53,668 nucleotides of DNA. Source: a virus (Duplodnaviria; Caudoviricetes). A program made the translations under genes and the position numbers. Shown in pieces: positions 38,093 through 47,565 of this stretch. A model generated the notes under the pieces. The model made no database searches. It was not told the DNA's origin and worked only from the letters and a program-made list of their open reading frames with translations. The first letter of the stretch is position 1; the number at the start of each line of letters is the position of its first letter. The stretch spans positions 1 to 53,668 of IMG/VR virus record IMGVR_UViG_3300043778_000094, one strand, 5' to 3'.

Positions 38093-38707
38093 ATGCCAAG
38101 GGCTCAACGAACACAGGATGCCAGAGACGAGCGGCGGATAGCCGAATATATCCGGCCAATCCTTGAACGCCTGCGCTGGGACCGGAATATCGATGTCGCG
38201 GCGGTCGCGCGCACGGCGCTTGACAATCTTGATTTAGACGGCGGTATCGAAAGGGATAGCCCGATTATTTATCTGGCAGCCAATATGGGATTTAAGCAGG
38301 TAACACGAGAGTTACTGCGTACAAGATGGGAAGATGAAGATAAACGTCAACCTTCCGGCGCGGCTACGTCGTCGGGCGACCCGAAAATGCAATCAAGCGC
38401 CGATGAAAACGGATGTGACAGTCATATAGAAGACGAAGACGAATATCAAAAAGAATACCAGACCCAATTAGAGCTTTTCGAACGTTATCCGCGCTTACAG
38501 CCACGTTATCCGCGAGAGCATGCGCGAGGGCGGCCGCGCGGATATGTATTGGTCAATAGGATGAGTGAGGCCGATTGGAATTGGAATCTCGATAATATGG
38601 AGGGCAAAATCGCTGGTCTGAAAGCACATTTTAATCAGTTGATTGCGTACGGGAAAGAGCGCGGATTTATACGCTACACTCGTGGCGATGCGGTCCGCGA
38701 GGCATGA
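38093..38707 (+). CDS. Hypothetical protein (lower GC)
   Basis: GGAGG SD; AT-richer codon usage. Confidence 0.7.
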   Translation: MPRAQRTQDARDERRIAEYIRPILERLRWDRNIDVAAVARTALDNLDLDGGIERDSPIIYLAANMGFKQVTRELLRTRWEDEDKRQPSGAATSSGDPKMQSSADENGCDSHIEDEDEYQKEYQTQLELFERYPRLQPRYPREHARGRPRGYVLVNRMSEADWNWNLDNMEGKIAGLKAHFNQLIAYGKERGFIRYTRGDAVREA

Positions 38708-39180
38708 CCGATCTTTTCTTCCCGTCCGAAGATCATCGCCGCGCGCTGGTCGACAAGGTCGAGGCTGGCGGACTGAAAGCGCTCGACGACCACGAGAAGC
38801 GGGAATTTCACGCATACCGCTACGCCTGGCGCCGGGTGCGGCTCGCCGACTTTAGCCAGAAATACCAGTGCGACCCGCGCGGCGACTGGTTCGACGGGGT
38901 TTTCGTCAACCAGGCGGTCGAGATGATGACCGGCGGCAAATACAGCCTGACACCGCCGCGCCCGGAGCGCCGGCCCGACCCGACGCCCGAGGACATCGCC
39001 TATGTCGATCGGCGGCTCGCCGAATTCCGCGCGAACCTTGCCGTCGCCGAGCGCACCCCGACCACTACGCGACGCACCGCCGACCCGCGCGACCTCGCTG
39101 CGATTCAGCGCGGGCTCGGCCTTAGCGCAACTGAAATCAACCACGGAGAGGCGGAGGATGGCAAAGACGCTGCGGAGTGA
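38704..39180 (+). CDS. Hypothetical protein
   Basis: ATGA coupling with GAGG SD. Confidence 0.7.
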   Translation: MTDLFFPSEDHRRALVDKVEAGGLKALDDHEKREFHAYRYAWRRVRLADFSQKYQCDPRGDWFDGVFVNQAVEMMTGGKYSLTPPRPERRPDPTPEDIAYVDRRLAEFRANLAVAERTPTTTRRTADPRDLAAIQRGLGLSATEINHGEAEDGKDAAE

Positions 39181-39652
39181 AATTCCCGACCAGTTCGGTG
39201 GGGTCATCAACGAGGGCGCGCTCGCCCGTTATGTCGAGCGCGTCGAGCGCCTGCACGAGGAACGCGCCTCGCTCGGCGAGGACATCAAGGCGGTGATGGA
39301 GGAAGCCAAAAACGCCGGCTTCGTGCCCAAGATCATTCGCCAGATGGTTCGCGAGCGGAAGATGGAGCCGGTCGAGCTGCAGGACCACCTGGCATTGCTC
39401 GACAGCTACCGCCGCGGCCTCGGCATGCTTGCCGGCACACCGCTCGGCGACGCCGCGATGGACCGCGCCGAGGCCGAGACTGGTAGCGCCAGGGCCGAGG
39501 GTGCGTCACGCCGAGGCCGCAAGCCTCGATCCTTTGACGAGCAACCGGTGCATCAGCCGCGGCCGCGCGGCCGGCCGCGCAAAAATGTGGGCGAAGCGCT
39601 GGCCGATGCCCGTCTGCATCTCGGCGAGGAAGAGCCGGTAGGCACCGCATGA
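39158..39652 (+). CDS. GapR (DUF2312) family nucleoid protein with AT-hook-like tail
   Basis: LARYVERVERLHEERASLGEDIKAVMEEAKNAGFVPKIIRQMVRERK..LLDSYRRGLGM; C-terminal PRGRPRK. Confidence 0.88.
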   Translation: MAKTLRSEIPDQFGGVINEGALARYVERVERLHEERASLGEDIKAVMEEAKNAGFVPKIIRQMVRERKMEPVELQDHLALLDSYRRGLGMLAGTPLGDAAMDRAEAETGSARAEGASRRGRKPRSFDEQPVHQPRPRGRPRKNVGEALADARLHLGEEEPVGTA

Positions 39653-40263
39653 CTGGCGGCCTGTTCGCGCTCGACGTGGCGACGACGACTGGCTGGGCCT
39701 ATGGCATGCCCGGCGATCGGCCGTCCTATGGCCGCTTCCGTTCAGGCAAACCGCGCCCAAAGGACAGTGAAGGCAATATCGGCGAAGCCTTGCGCGCGTT
39801 TTGTTTGTGGCTTGGCGCGCGTTGCATCGAATGGCAACCGAGCATGATTGTCTTCGAGGCGCCCTATGTGCCGCGGTTTGCACCGAGAAAGGTGCGCACG
39901 AGAACCGGTCAGGTGATTTCGACCGAACCGACCAAGGGAATACCGATCGATATCAACGTCGTGCGCAAGCTGTTCGCCATGTGCGGCCTGGTCGAAATGA
40001 TCGCCTATGAGCATGCGATCCCGTGCCGCGAAGAACAATCCAATGTGATCTGCCGGCATTTCACCGGCAACGGCTCGTGGGGCGGGCGCGCTAATAAGAA
40101 GATCGCGACGCAAAAGATGTGTGCCGTCCACGGCTTTCCCAATGTCACTGAAGACGAAGCCGATGCGTTGGCGCTGTGGTTTTATGCCGAGGCGGTGCGC
40201 TTCACGAAAGTCCGAAGTGCCGGACCCTTGTTCGCGCTCGGCGGCCGCGCTCGGTTCACGTGA
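39649..40263 (+). CDS. RuvC-like Holliday junction resolvase
   Basis: ALDVATTTGWA, VFEAP and DEADALALW catalytic motifs. Confidence 0.82.
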   Translation: MTGGLFALDVATTTGWAYGMPGDRPSYGRFRSGKPRPKDSEGNIGEALRAFCLWLGARCIEWQPSMIVFEAPYVPRFAPRKVRTRTGQVISTEPTKGIPIDINVVRKLFAMCGLVEMIAYEHAIPCREEQSNVICRHFTGNGSWGGRANKKIATQKMCAVHGFPNVTEDEADALALWFYAEAVRFTKVRSAGPLFALGGRARFT

Positions 40264-40326
40264 AAACGAATTCGGCTATCATGACCGTGAAACGACTCAA
40301 CTTCGTTTCGACACCTCCCAAACTTC

Positions 40327-40355
40327 GGGCGGCTTGCGAGCCGCCCCTTTTTTTT
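40327..40355 (+). terminator. Rho-independent terminator
   Basis: GGGCGGCT-TGCG-AGCCGCCC followed by a T8 run. Confidence 0.85.
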
Positions 40356-40432
40356 GGGGATGTGATCCCTCGCCCAAAAAACGATCTTTCGCGGTCCGGG
40401 CCGGATGCGGGGACAAGAGGCACGTCTTTTCG

Positions 40433-40765
40433 CTAGTCCGTGCCGTGAAAACTTTCTTGGGTTGGGGACGACCGCCGACTGATTTCGCGCAGGCTCGCGT
40501 GGATCACGTGATCGAGCGCGTGCACCAGCGTCACGGCCGGCAAGCCGAGTTCGGCGGCGAGGATCGCGGCGTGTCGCGCCGGTGCGCTCAACAATTGATC
40601 GCGCACCCGACGGGCGCGAGCGAAGGTCATCGCCTCGGCCTTGTGGATCTCGACCAGCTCGCGATGCCGGATTTTCAGCGTCAAATCGTTGTGTTGGGCC
40701 CGCACCACGTTGAGTTCGGTGTTGATCTTCATCAGCGTTTCTGGGCTGGGATCGATCGCCATCAT
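40433..40765 (-). CDS. Small terminase paralogue 2 (Nu1-like C-terminal part only)
   Basis: ELVE..A....FARARRVRDQLLSAPAR.A..LAAELG..L...I...L.E; ATGA-coupled, GGAG SD. Confidence 0.65.
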   Translation of the reverse strand: MMAIDPSPETLMKINTELNVVRAQHNDLTLKIRHRELVEIHKAEAMTFARARRVRDQLLSAPARHAAILAAELGLPAVTLVHALDHVIHASLREISRRSSPTQESFHGTD

Positions 40766-41262
40766 GCCGTCTCCGCTGTTCGAACCGCTTCCTCGGCCAG
40801 GTCGCCCAGCTCGACAATGCACAAATCGATAAAGCGAGCGAGCAACTGGTGGGCGACTGTAGGGCTGATTTCCAACACCGCGGCGAATTCAGCCGCGCAG
40901 CGATCGGGGATTTCCCGCAACCAGACGATGAACTGCTGCACTTCGGCATTGGCTTGAGCAGCGAATTCGGCACGGTTGATATAGCGTTCACGGACGCCCT
41001 CGAGCTTGTCCTTGGCAAGCCGCAATTTGGCGATGCCGACGACGATCTTGGCTTCGGCCGACCGGCGGCCTTGATCAGTCTGCTGCGTCGTCATGCGCGA
41101 ACGGCGTTGAATTGCCCAACTGGCGTCGGCCTGGTCAATGTCGATCCGACCCGAAGTCGGCATGATGATGAGGCCTTGAGCCACGGCGTTACGGATCGTC
41201 TGCTCGCTGACCCGGTGCATCTTGGCGTATTGTGCGACCGATGCGGTTTTGGCTTCAGACAT
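40762..41262 (-). CDS. Small terminase subunit (Nu1-like)
   Basis: N-terminal wHTH SVAQYAKMHRVSEQTIRNAVAQG..GRID..AD..W; coiled coil; IPDR.AAEFAAVL. Confidence 0.7.
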   Translation of the reverse strand: MSEAKTASVAQYAKMHRVSEQTIRNAVAQGLIIMPTSGRIDIDQADASWAIQRRSRMTTQQTDQGRRSAEAKIVVGIAKLRLAKDKLEGVRERYINRAEFAAQANAEVQQFIVWLREIPDRCAAEFAAVLEISPTVAHQLLARFIDLCIVELGDLAEEAVRTAETA

Positions 41263-43231
41263 GGCTTCGATCCCAAGCTTTCTTGACTACCTCGAACCCG
41301 ACAACGAATTGGGGGTCGCCGAATGGTCTGATCGTTACCGCGTCTTGACTTCCCGCAGCGCTGCCGAACCCGGTCCGTACCGTACCGCTCGCACCCCATA
41401 TTTGCGAGAGCCGATGAACGATCTCGGGGTGACTTCGCCAATTCAGCGCGTGGTGTTGAAGAAGGCGGCGCAAGTCGGCGCCAGCGAACTCGGCAATTGT
41501 TGGATCGGCTACATTGTCGACCAGGCGCCGGGGCCGACCATGTTGGTGCAGCCGACCGTGGAGCTCGCCAAGCGGTATTCACGCCAGCGCATCGACCCGC
41601 TGCTCGACGAAAGCGAACAATTGCGCGTCAAGGTCCACCCGGCGCGGTCGCGCGACTCGGGCAATACCATGCTCCTCAAGGAGTTTCTCGGCGGCGTGTT
41701 GGTCATCACCGGCGCGAATTCAGCCGTGGGCTTGCGCTCGATGCCCGTGCGCTTCCTGTTCCTCGACGAGATCGATGCCTACCCTGGCGACATCGAGGGC
41801 GAAGGCGATCCCGTGGCCCTGGCCGAAGCCCGTGCGCGCACCTTCAGCTTTCGCGCCAAGAAATTGCTGGCTTCGACGCCGCTGATCAAAGGCAGTTCCC
41901 GCATCAGCGCCGAATACGAGGCCAGCGACCAGCGCAGATATTTCGTCCCGTGCCCGCTTTGCGGATTTGCGCAAGCTCTCGAATTCGCCCGGCTGCGCTG
42001 GCAACCCGGCCGGCCCGAAACCGTCGTCTACCAGTGTGCTCAATGCGAGAAGAGCTTCCCCGAATATCACAAGACGGCGATGCTCGAAGCCGGCGAATGG
42101 CGGCCGACCGCGATCAGCTCCGACCCGTTGACCCACGGCTATCACATCTCCGGGCTTTACAGCCCGATCGGCTGGCTCGGCTGGGCGCAAATCGCCCGTG
42201 ACTGGGAAAAGGCGACGAACGATCCCGACGCCCGCAAGACCTTCGTCAACACCGTCCTCGGCGAAGAATGGGAGGAGGAGGCCGATGCCGTGCCCGATTG
42301 GGAACGCCTCTACGAGCGCCGCGAGGCGTGGCCGCACGCCACGGTGCCAGAGCGTGGCTTGTTCTTGACGGCTGGCGCCGACGTCCAAATCGACCGTATC
42401 GAGATCGACGTTTGGGCCTGGGGGCGCGGCCTCGAGTCGTGGCTGGTCGAACATATCGTCATCAACGGCGACCCGGGGCGGCCGGAGATTTGGGAAATCC
42501 TGACCGAACTATTGGGCCGCACCTGGGAACACGAAACCGGCGTGCGCCTGGCGCTGCAGCGTTTGGCGATCGACACCGGGTTCACCACTCAAAACGTCTA
42601 CCAGTGGGCGCGCGGCCAGGATCGCGCCACGGTGCTGCCGGTGCGCGGCGTCGGCGCTTATGATCGTCTGGTGCCCGTGTCGGGGCCCACCAAGATCGAA
42701 GTGACGAACCAGGGCAAGCGGCTCAAGCGCGGGCTGAACCTGTGGACCGTCTCCGTCAGCTTTTTCAAGAAGGAACTCTATAAGCATCTGGGGCTGCCCA
42801 AGCCGACCACGGAACAGCTCGGCGCCGGCTTCACCTATCCCCACGGCTACATCCATTTGCCCGATACCGTGTCAGACGAATGGATTAAGCAACTGACCGC
42901 CGAACAACAGGTCATCATCCGCTCGCGCCGTGGCTTTGCCGCGCGCACCGAATGGCGCCAGTTGCGACCGCGCAACGAGGCGCTCGATTGCCGGGTCTAT
43001 GCACGGGCCGCGGTCTGGCTCGCCGGGGCCGATCGATGGTCCGAAAACCGCTGGCGTGCTCTCGAAGATCAATTGGGCCTCGAACCGCCGCCCGAACCCA
43101 ATCCGCCCGAACCGGAGACAGCCCCCGAAGACGATCAGTTGAAAGTTGCCCTGGGCGGGATCATCCGACGCCCCGTGCCCACGGCGATGGCATCACGCCG
43201 GCGACGCCGCGTCGGCTATTGGCAGGGATGA
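41261..43231 (+). CDS. terL: Large terminase subunit, lambda gpA family
   Basis: RTPYLREPM, KAAQVGASE, LFLDEIDAY, STP, DQRRYFVPCP.C, LTAGADVQ and RNEALDC motifs. Confidence 0.96.
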   Translation: MASIPSFLDYLEPDNELGVAEWSDRYRVLTSRSAAEPGPYRTARTPYLREPMNDLGVTSPIQRVVLKKAAQVGASELGNCWIGYIVDQAPGPTMLVQPTVELAKRYSRQRIDPLLDESEQLRVKVHPARSRDSGNTMLLKEFLGGVLVITGANSAVGLRSMPVRFLFLDEIDAYPGDIEGEGDPVALAEARARTFSFRAKKLLASTPLIKGSSRISAEYEASDQRRYFVPCPLCGFAQALEFARLRWQPGRPETVVYQCAQCEKSFPEYHKTAMLEAGEWRPTAISSDPLTHGYHISGLYSPIGWLGWAQIARDWEKATNDPDARKTFVNTVLGEEWEEEADAVPDWERLYERREAWPHATVPERGLFLTAGADVQIDRIEIDVWAWGRGLESWLVEHIVINGDPGRPEIWEILTELLGRTWEHETGVRLALQRLAIDTGFTTQNVYQWARGQDRATVLPVRGVGAYDRLVPVSGPTKIEVTNQGKRLKRGLNLWTVSVSFFKKELYKHLGLPKPTTEQLGAGFTYPHGYIHLPDTVSDEWIKQLTAEQQVIIRSRRGFAARTEWRQLRPRNEALDCRVYARAAVWLAGADRWSENRWRALEDQLGLEPPPEPNPPEPETAPEDDQLKVALGGIIRRPVPTAMASRRRRRVGYWQG

Positions 43232-43235
43232 CCCG

Positions 43236-43805
43236 ATGAAAGCAACTAGCCGCGCCACGGTCAAAATCAACAGCATCATCCCGAACCCGCGCAACAACCG
43301 GGTTCACCCGCCCGACCAGATCGAAATGCTCAAAGCTTCGATCGAGCGCTTTGGTCAGTCGCGGCCCGTGTTTGTGCGAAAGGAAAATCGCATGTTGATC
43401 GCCGGGCACGGCATCCACCAGGCGATGCGCGACCTGGGGCACGGCGAGATCGACGTGATCTTTTGGGATGTCGACCAGAAGACCGCCGACGAATATCTGC
43501 TCGCCGACAATCGGCTCGGCGAATTATCCCATTTCCACCGCGACCGCACGCTGGCCTTGCTCGAGGACGTGACCGAGGACGCCTATTCAGCGCTCGGGTT
43601 CACGGCCGAGGATGTCGAGGCCTTGCTCGAAAAAGTCAGCAAGCCGCCCGAAGTCAAGCAGATCAACACGGGCGCTGTCGCCGATCGCTTTTGGATCACG
43701 GTGCAAGGACCGATGACGACGCAATCGGCGGCGTTGCAGCGGATCCAGCATTTCATGGCGGAGTTTCCCGATGTCGAAATCGAGCTCGGCACCCTTAAGA
43801 ACTGA
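43236..43805 (+). CDS. ParB N-terminal domain protein
   Basis: PNPRNNRVH..QI..L.ASI..FG..LIAGHG..LADNR. Confidence 0.85.
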   Translation: MKATSRATVKINSIIPNPRNNRVHPPDQIEMLKASIERFGQSRPVFVRKENRMLIAGHGIHQAMRDLGHGEIDVIFWDVDQKTADEYLLADNRLGELSHFHRDRTLALLEDVTEDAYSALGFTAEDVEALLEKVSKPPEVKQINTGAVADRFWITVQGPMTTQSAALQRIQHFMAEFPDVEIELGTLKN

Positions 43806-44475
43806 AAAGTGGGGTCTCAACGTCAACCGTCAGTTCGGCCGACGGCTCGGTCCAGCGGGCGGTTTGCGCCAAAGGGTCGCCAACAACCCGGCTGCGCTGG
43901 CGGCCAAAGTCGAAATCCGCAGCAACGTCTTGAACGCGATCGGCGCCGACAAGGCGCGCGTCTTCGATGCCTTCGCCGGCGAGGGTCAGCTCTATTCCCG
44001 TGTCTGGTCGAAGGCTCAACGCTACGTCGGTTGCGATTTGAAATGGTATCGCGACGGGCGGGAACTCTACGTCGGCGACAGCCGCAATGTCATGCGGGCG
44101 ATCGACCTCGCCCCGTTCAACGTCTTTGATTTCGACAGTCACGGCAGCCCGTGGGAACACGTGCTGATCCTGTGCGCGCGGCGCCTGGTGACGGCGGGCG
44201 AACAGATCGGCGTCACCTTCACCGAAGGTTCGCGAGTCGACATTCAATACGGCCATTTTTCGGCCGCGTTGGCGCAATTGATCGGCGTGCAAGGCAAGGC
44301 GAAGGCCACCGGCATGGCGCGGGACAAGGGCTATCATCAGCTTCTCGATCGCGTTGTTACGGCGACCGCGCGACGGCTCAATTGCAGCATCCTCTATCAT
44401 TGGCAGGCGCGACCGCCGGGCCGGGGGACGCGTCTGGTCAATTACGTCGGCCTGGTGCTCGAAGGCCTGCCGTGA
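43771..44475 (+). CDS. SAM-dependent methyltransferase-fold protein (start uncertain)
   Basis: VFDAFAGEG motif I and FDFDSHGSPW motif. Confidence 0.7.
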   Translation: MSKSSSAPLRTEKWGLNVNRQFGRRLGPAGGLRQRVANNPAALAAKVEIRSNVLNAIGADKARVFDAFAGEGQLYSRVWSKAQRYVGCDLKWYRDGRELYVGDSRNVMRAIDLAPFNVFDFDSHGSPWEHVLILCARRLVTAGEQIGVTFTEGSRVDIQYGHFSAALAQLIGVQGKAKATGMARDKGYHQLLDRVVTATARRLNCSILYHWQARPPGRGTRLVNYVGLVLEGLP

Positions 44476-45011
44476 AGATCGTCAGTCGGCGGACCGCTGA
44501 CCTGATCCCGTACGAACACAACGCTCGCCAGCACAGCGACGAGCAGATCGACCAAATCGCTGCCTCGATCGAAGAATTCGGTTGGATGACGCCGCTGTTG
44601 ATCGACGGCAGCAACGGCATCATCGCCGGACACGCGCGTTGGCTGGCAGCGCAACGCTTGGCGATGCCGCGGGTCCCGTGCATCGAGCACGCTCATTTGA
44701 CCGACGCGCAACGCCGCGCCTATGTCCTCGCCGACAACAAGTTGACGCTGAACGCGACCTGGGACGAGGCGATGTTGGCGCTGGAGCTCGAACGGCTCGA
44801 CACGACGGAATTCGATTTGTCGCTGATCGGCTTCAGTGAACGAGAATTGTCACGGCTGCTCGACGGGCTCGGCGAGGGCGGCGACGCCGATAGCCAGACC
44901 GTGCCGGAGTCCTGGGTTGTCGTCGTCGAATGCGCCGACGAAGCCGACCAGGTCGCCTTGATCGAACGAATGCAGGCGGAAGGCCGGACCGTCAGAGGAT
45001 CAATCGGGTGA
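44472..45011 (+). CDS. ParB N-terminal domain protein 2
   Basis: LIPYEHNARQHSDEQIDQIAASIEEFGW..IIAGHAR..AYVLADNKL; GTGA coupling. Confidence 0.9.
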   Translation: MKIVSRRTADLIPYEHNARQHSDEQIDQIAASIEEFGWMTPLLIDGSNGIIAGHARWLAAQRLAMPRVPCIEHAHLTDAQRRAYVLADNKLTLNATWDEAMLALELERLDTTEFDLSLIGFSERELSRLLDGLGEGGDADSQTVPESWVVVVECADEADQVALIERMQAEGRTVRGSIG

Positions 45012-46168
45012 ACATCGACATCGTGCGCGAATCCCCCGTCGTCAGCACACCGCGCGTCGTGCAGATGACCGGCATGTTCGACGTGTCGCTCGAAGAAAAG
45101 AGCCGCGTTGAAATCAATGCAAAATTGCCGATCGAGGAACGCCCGTGGAGTATCGGTCTGATCGTCGGGCCGTCCGGCTGCGGCAAGTCGACCGTGGCGC
45201 GCGAACTTTTTGGGCCCGCCGTGATCGCCGGCTTCGATTGGCCTGAAGATCGCAGCATCCTCGACGGCTTTCCGGCCGCGATGAGCATCAAGACGATTAC
45301 CGCGCTGCTCAGCGCCGTGGGCTTTGGCAGCGTGCCGAATTGGTTGCGCCCGTTTCACGTGTTATCGAACGGCGAACAATTTCGCGCCACGGTCGCCCGG
45401 GCGCTTGCCGAGTGTCCCGACCTCGCCGTCATCGACGAATTCACCTCTGTCGTCGATCGCCAGGTCGCCAAAGTCGCGGCTCATTGCGTGCAAAAGACGG
45501 TGCGGCGCAATAAGCGCCAATTCATCGCCGTCAGCTGTCATTACGATATCGTCGAATGGCTGCAACCAGATTGGGTCTTCGAACCCCATCTCGGCGCCTT
45601 CGAATGGAGGTCTCTTCAGCGACGACCCGAAATCGCCGTTGAAATCCGCAGTGTCGATCACGGCGTCTGGCACCGCTTTAGCAAATATCATTATTTGACT
45701 TCGGTATTGCACAACGGGGCGATCTGCATCGGCGGCTTTGCCAACGATCAATGCGTCGCCTTTACTTCCGCCGTGCGACAAGTGCATTCGACGGTGCACG
45801 ACATTTGGCGCGAACATCGCACCGTGGTCTTGCCCGATTATCAGGGGTTGGGGTTCGCCGGCATTCTGGCCGAATGGCTCGGCTATCATCTATGGCAACA
45901 CGGGTGGCGATTTCATTCGGTGACATCGCACCCCGCGATCATCGCGCAGAAGGCAAGATCGCCGCGCTGGCACCTCATGCGCCACGGGCTGCAATCGGGA
46001 GGAGGCGTCTATGCAGACCCGTCGCTCAAGCGAACCCAGCAACGATTGTCCGAACGACGGATCTCCGCCAGCTTTGTCTACACCCCGCCGTCTGGGACGC
46101 CATCAGCACGGCGGCCAGAGCGCGACGGCCCATTGCTCGGTCCCGAATATCATCGACGACGACGATGA
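45008..46168 (+). CDS. ABC-type ATPase fused to a GNAT acetyltransferase
   Basis: GPSGCGKST, LSNGEQFR and IDEFTSVVDR; C-terminal F.KYHYL..RTVVLPDYQGLG acetyl-CoA motif. Confidence 0.88.
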   Translation: MNIDIVRESPVVSTPRVVQMTGMFDVSLEEKSRVEINAKLPIEERPWSIGLIVGPSGCGKSTVARELFGPAVIAGFDWPEDRSILDGFPAAMSIKTITALLSAVGFGSVPNWLRPFHVLSNGEQFRATVARALAECPDLAVIDEFTSVVDRQVAKVAAHCVQKTVRRNKRQFIAVSCHYDIVEWLQPDWVFEPHLGAFEWRSLQRRPEIAVEIRSVDHGVWHRFSKYHYLTSVLHNGAICIGGFANDQCVAFTSAVRQVHSTVHDIWREHRTVVLPDYQGLGFAGILAEWLGYHLWQHGWRFHSVTSHPAIIAQKARSPRWHLMRHGLQSGGGVYADPSLKRTQQRLSERRISASFVYTPPSGTPSARRPERDGPLLGPEYHRRRR

Positions 46169-46202
46169 ATGGATCGCGGCTTTGATCGGCCGCGCCGGAT
46201 CA

Positions 46203-46517
46203 CTAGGTTGAAACCTGCAAATGGATCATGGCGATTTCGTCGGCGTCGGCGAGATCGCGGTAGATCGTCTTGAGCGCCGCGGCGATGTCGCCGATTTCGT
46301 CGAGGCGGCCGACTTCGAAACGCGCGACCCGGGCGGCGAGCTCCGGGCTGCGCGCTGGGTCGTAGTTGTAGCGGATCACGATCGATCGGCCCGGCCAATA
46401 CGTGTTCGCCGTGAACGGCCGACGATGGCGGCGATATTCAGTCGTCTTTTCGCCACGGGCGAATTGCTCAAAAAACACCCGCTTGACCACCAGCGGGTAC
46501 GGCTTCGGCTCGCTCAT
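46203..46517 (-). CDS. ASCH-domain protein
   Basis: LVVKRVFFEQFARGEKTTEYR (G-x-K-x-x-E-x-R). Confidence 0.8.
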   Translation of the reverse strand: MSEPKPYPLVVKRVFFEQFARGEKTTEYRRHRRPFTANTYWPGRSIVIRYNYDPARSPELAARVARFEVGRLDEIGDIAAALKTIYRDLADADEIAMIHLQVST

Positions 46518-46536
46518 TGTCCCCCCCTGGAAGCTT

Positions 46537-46755
46537 CTAATGTATCAGACGAGCGATCAGCGCCCCGATTACGGCCGCCAACGCGCCGTTGCCAATCAAC
46601 GCCAACGGCACATACCAATGGCGTTCGCGTTCCAACTTCAGTGTTTCCTGAAATAGCTTTTCCCGTTCAGCCGAAAGTTTGTCGCGTTCGGCCGCAAGCT
46701 TGTCATGTTCAGCGATGAATTTGCGAGTTTCGGCAGCAAGATGTTCTTCGCTCAT
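46537..46755 (-). CDS. Small coiled-coil protein with C-terminal TM segment
   Basis: AE(H/R)DKL heptad repeats then a hydrophobic tail; GGAG SD. Confidence 0.7.
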   Translation of the reverse strand: MSEEHLAAETRKFIAEHDKLAAERDKLSAEREKLFQETLKLERERHWYVPLALIGNGALAAVIGALIARLIH

Positions 46756-46774
46756 TTCTGACGCTCCAGAATTA

Positions 46775-46797
46775 GGGCCGGGTTTGCGGCCCGGCCC
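46775..46797. terminator. GC-rich hairpin after the KlcB-like gene
   Basis: GGGCCGGG-N7-CCCGGCCC; no clear U-tract. Confidence 0.4.
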
Positions 46798-46807
46798 GGT
46801 GATTTCA

Positions 46808-47470
46808 CTAGCTCTTTTGTTTCAATTCGTAGAGCCAGCCGCCGGGTTGCCAATCGGCATCGTCTGGGTCGGGGCCGACTGGGATTTCTTGTCGCGTGCG
46901 AGTGTCGTGATCCCAACGCGTTCTGACCATTTTGACCGGTTTCTTGGAACGCTCTTGCGCCAGCTTCGTGACGCATTGCTTGACCGTGCGCCCGCGCGCG
47001 TCGTCAGCGTCGCAATAGATCGAAAGATAGCCGCTTTCGCTCAGAAACGGCCGATCCCAATCAAACGCCGTCAATTCGAAATGGAAGTCGCCGTCGGCGT
47101 GAACCACGACTCGGCATTTCTTGACCGTGATCAGAAACGTGCCGCTCTGACCCCAAAGCGGCACTTGACCGGGTGCAGTCGCGAGCAATTTTGTCAACCG
47201 GGCATGGCCGGTCAACTCTTCGTCATCGTCATCGTCTGGCATGGCGTCGCCGACGGCATAGAGGCGATCGGCGAATTCGCTGGCCTGGGCTTCGTCGCCG
47301 CCGCGGATCGCAGCGTCATACTGCTTGAGCCAGGCGCGGCCTTGTTCGAGCCGTTCGGTGGGGTCGCCGGCGAGCTCACGGTGGATGCGATAACGCCGTT
47401 CGATAGGACTCGACGGCGGCAGAAAATCAAACCCCGGCTGAAACGCCTGGGCGGTTGCTGTTCGACGCAT
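46808..47470 (-). CDS. KlcB-like protein
   Basis: APGQVPLWGQSGTFLI..FHFE..DWDRPFLSESGY recalls IncP KlcB; ATG follows the conserved SD box. Confidence 0.55.
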   Translation of the reverse strand: MRRTATAQAFQPGFDFLPPSSPIERRYRIHRELAGDPTERLEQGRAWLKQYDAAIRGGDEAQASEFADRLYAVGDAMPDDDDDEELTGHARLTKLLATAPGQVPLWGQSGTFLITVKKCRVVVHADGDFHFELTAFDWDRPFLSESGYLSIYCDADDARGRTVKQCVTKLAQERSKKPVKMVRTRWDHDTRTRQEIPVGPDPDDADWQPGGWLYELKQKS

Positions 47471-47504
47471 GTATCGTCTCCATTGCAGATCGGGAAAGAG
47501 GCTT

Positions 47505-47565
47505 CCCGTGACGCGCGGGCGAGCCGCGCGTTTCGGCCCGGTGCTACCGGGCCTCGTCAGACGGG
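47505..47565 (-). ncRNA. Hammerhead ribozyme HH1 (type I)
   Basis: cccgu CUGACGA ggcccggu-agc-accgggcc GAAA cgcgcgg-cucgc-ccgcgcg UC/acggg; GUC cut after 47510. Confidence 0.95.
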
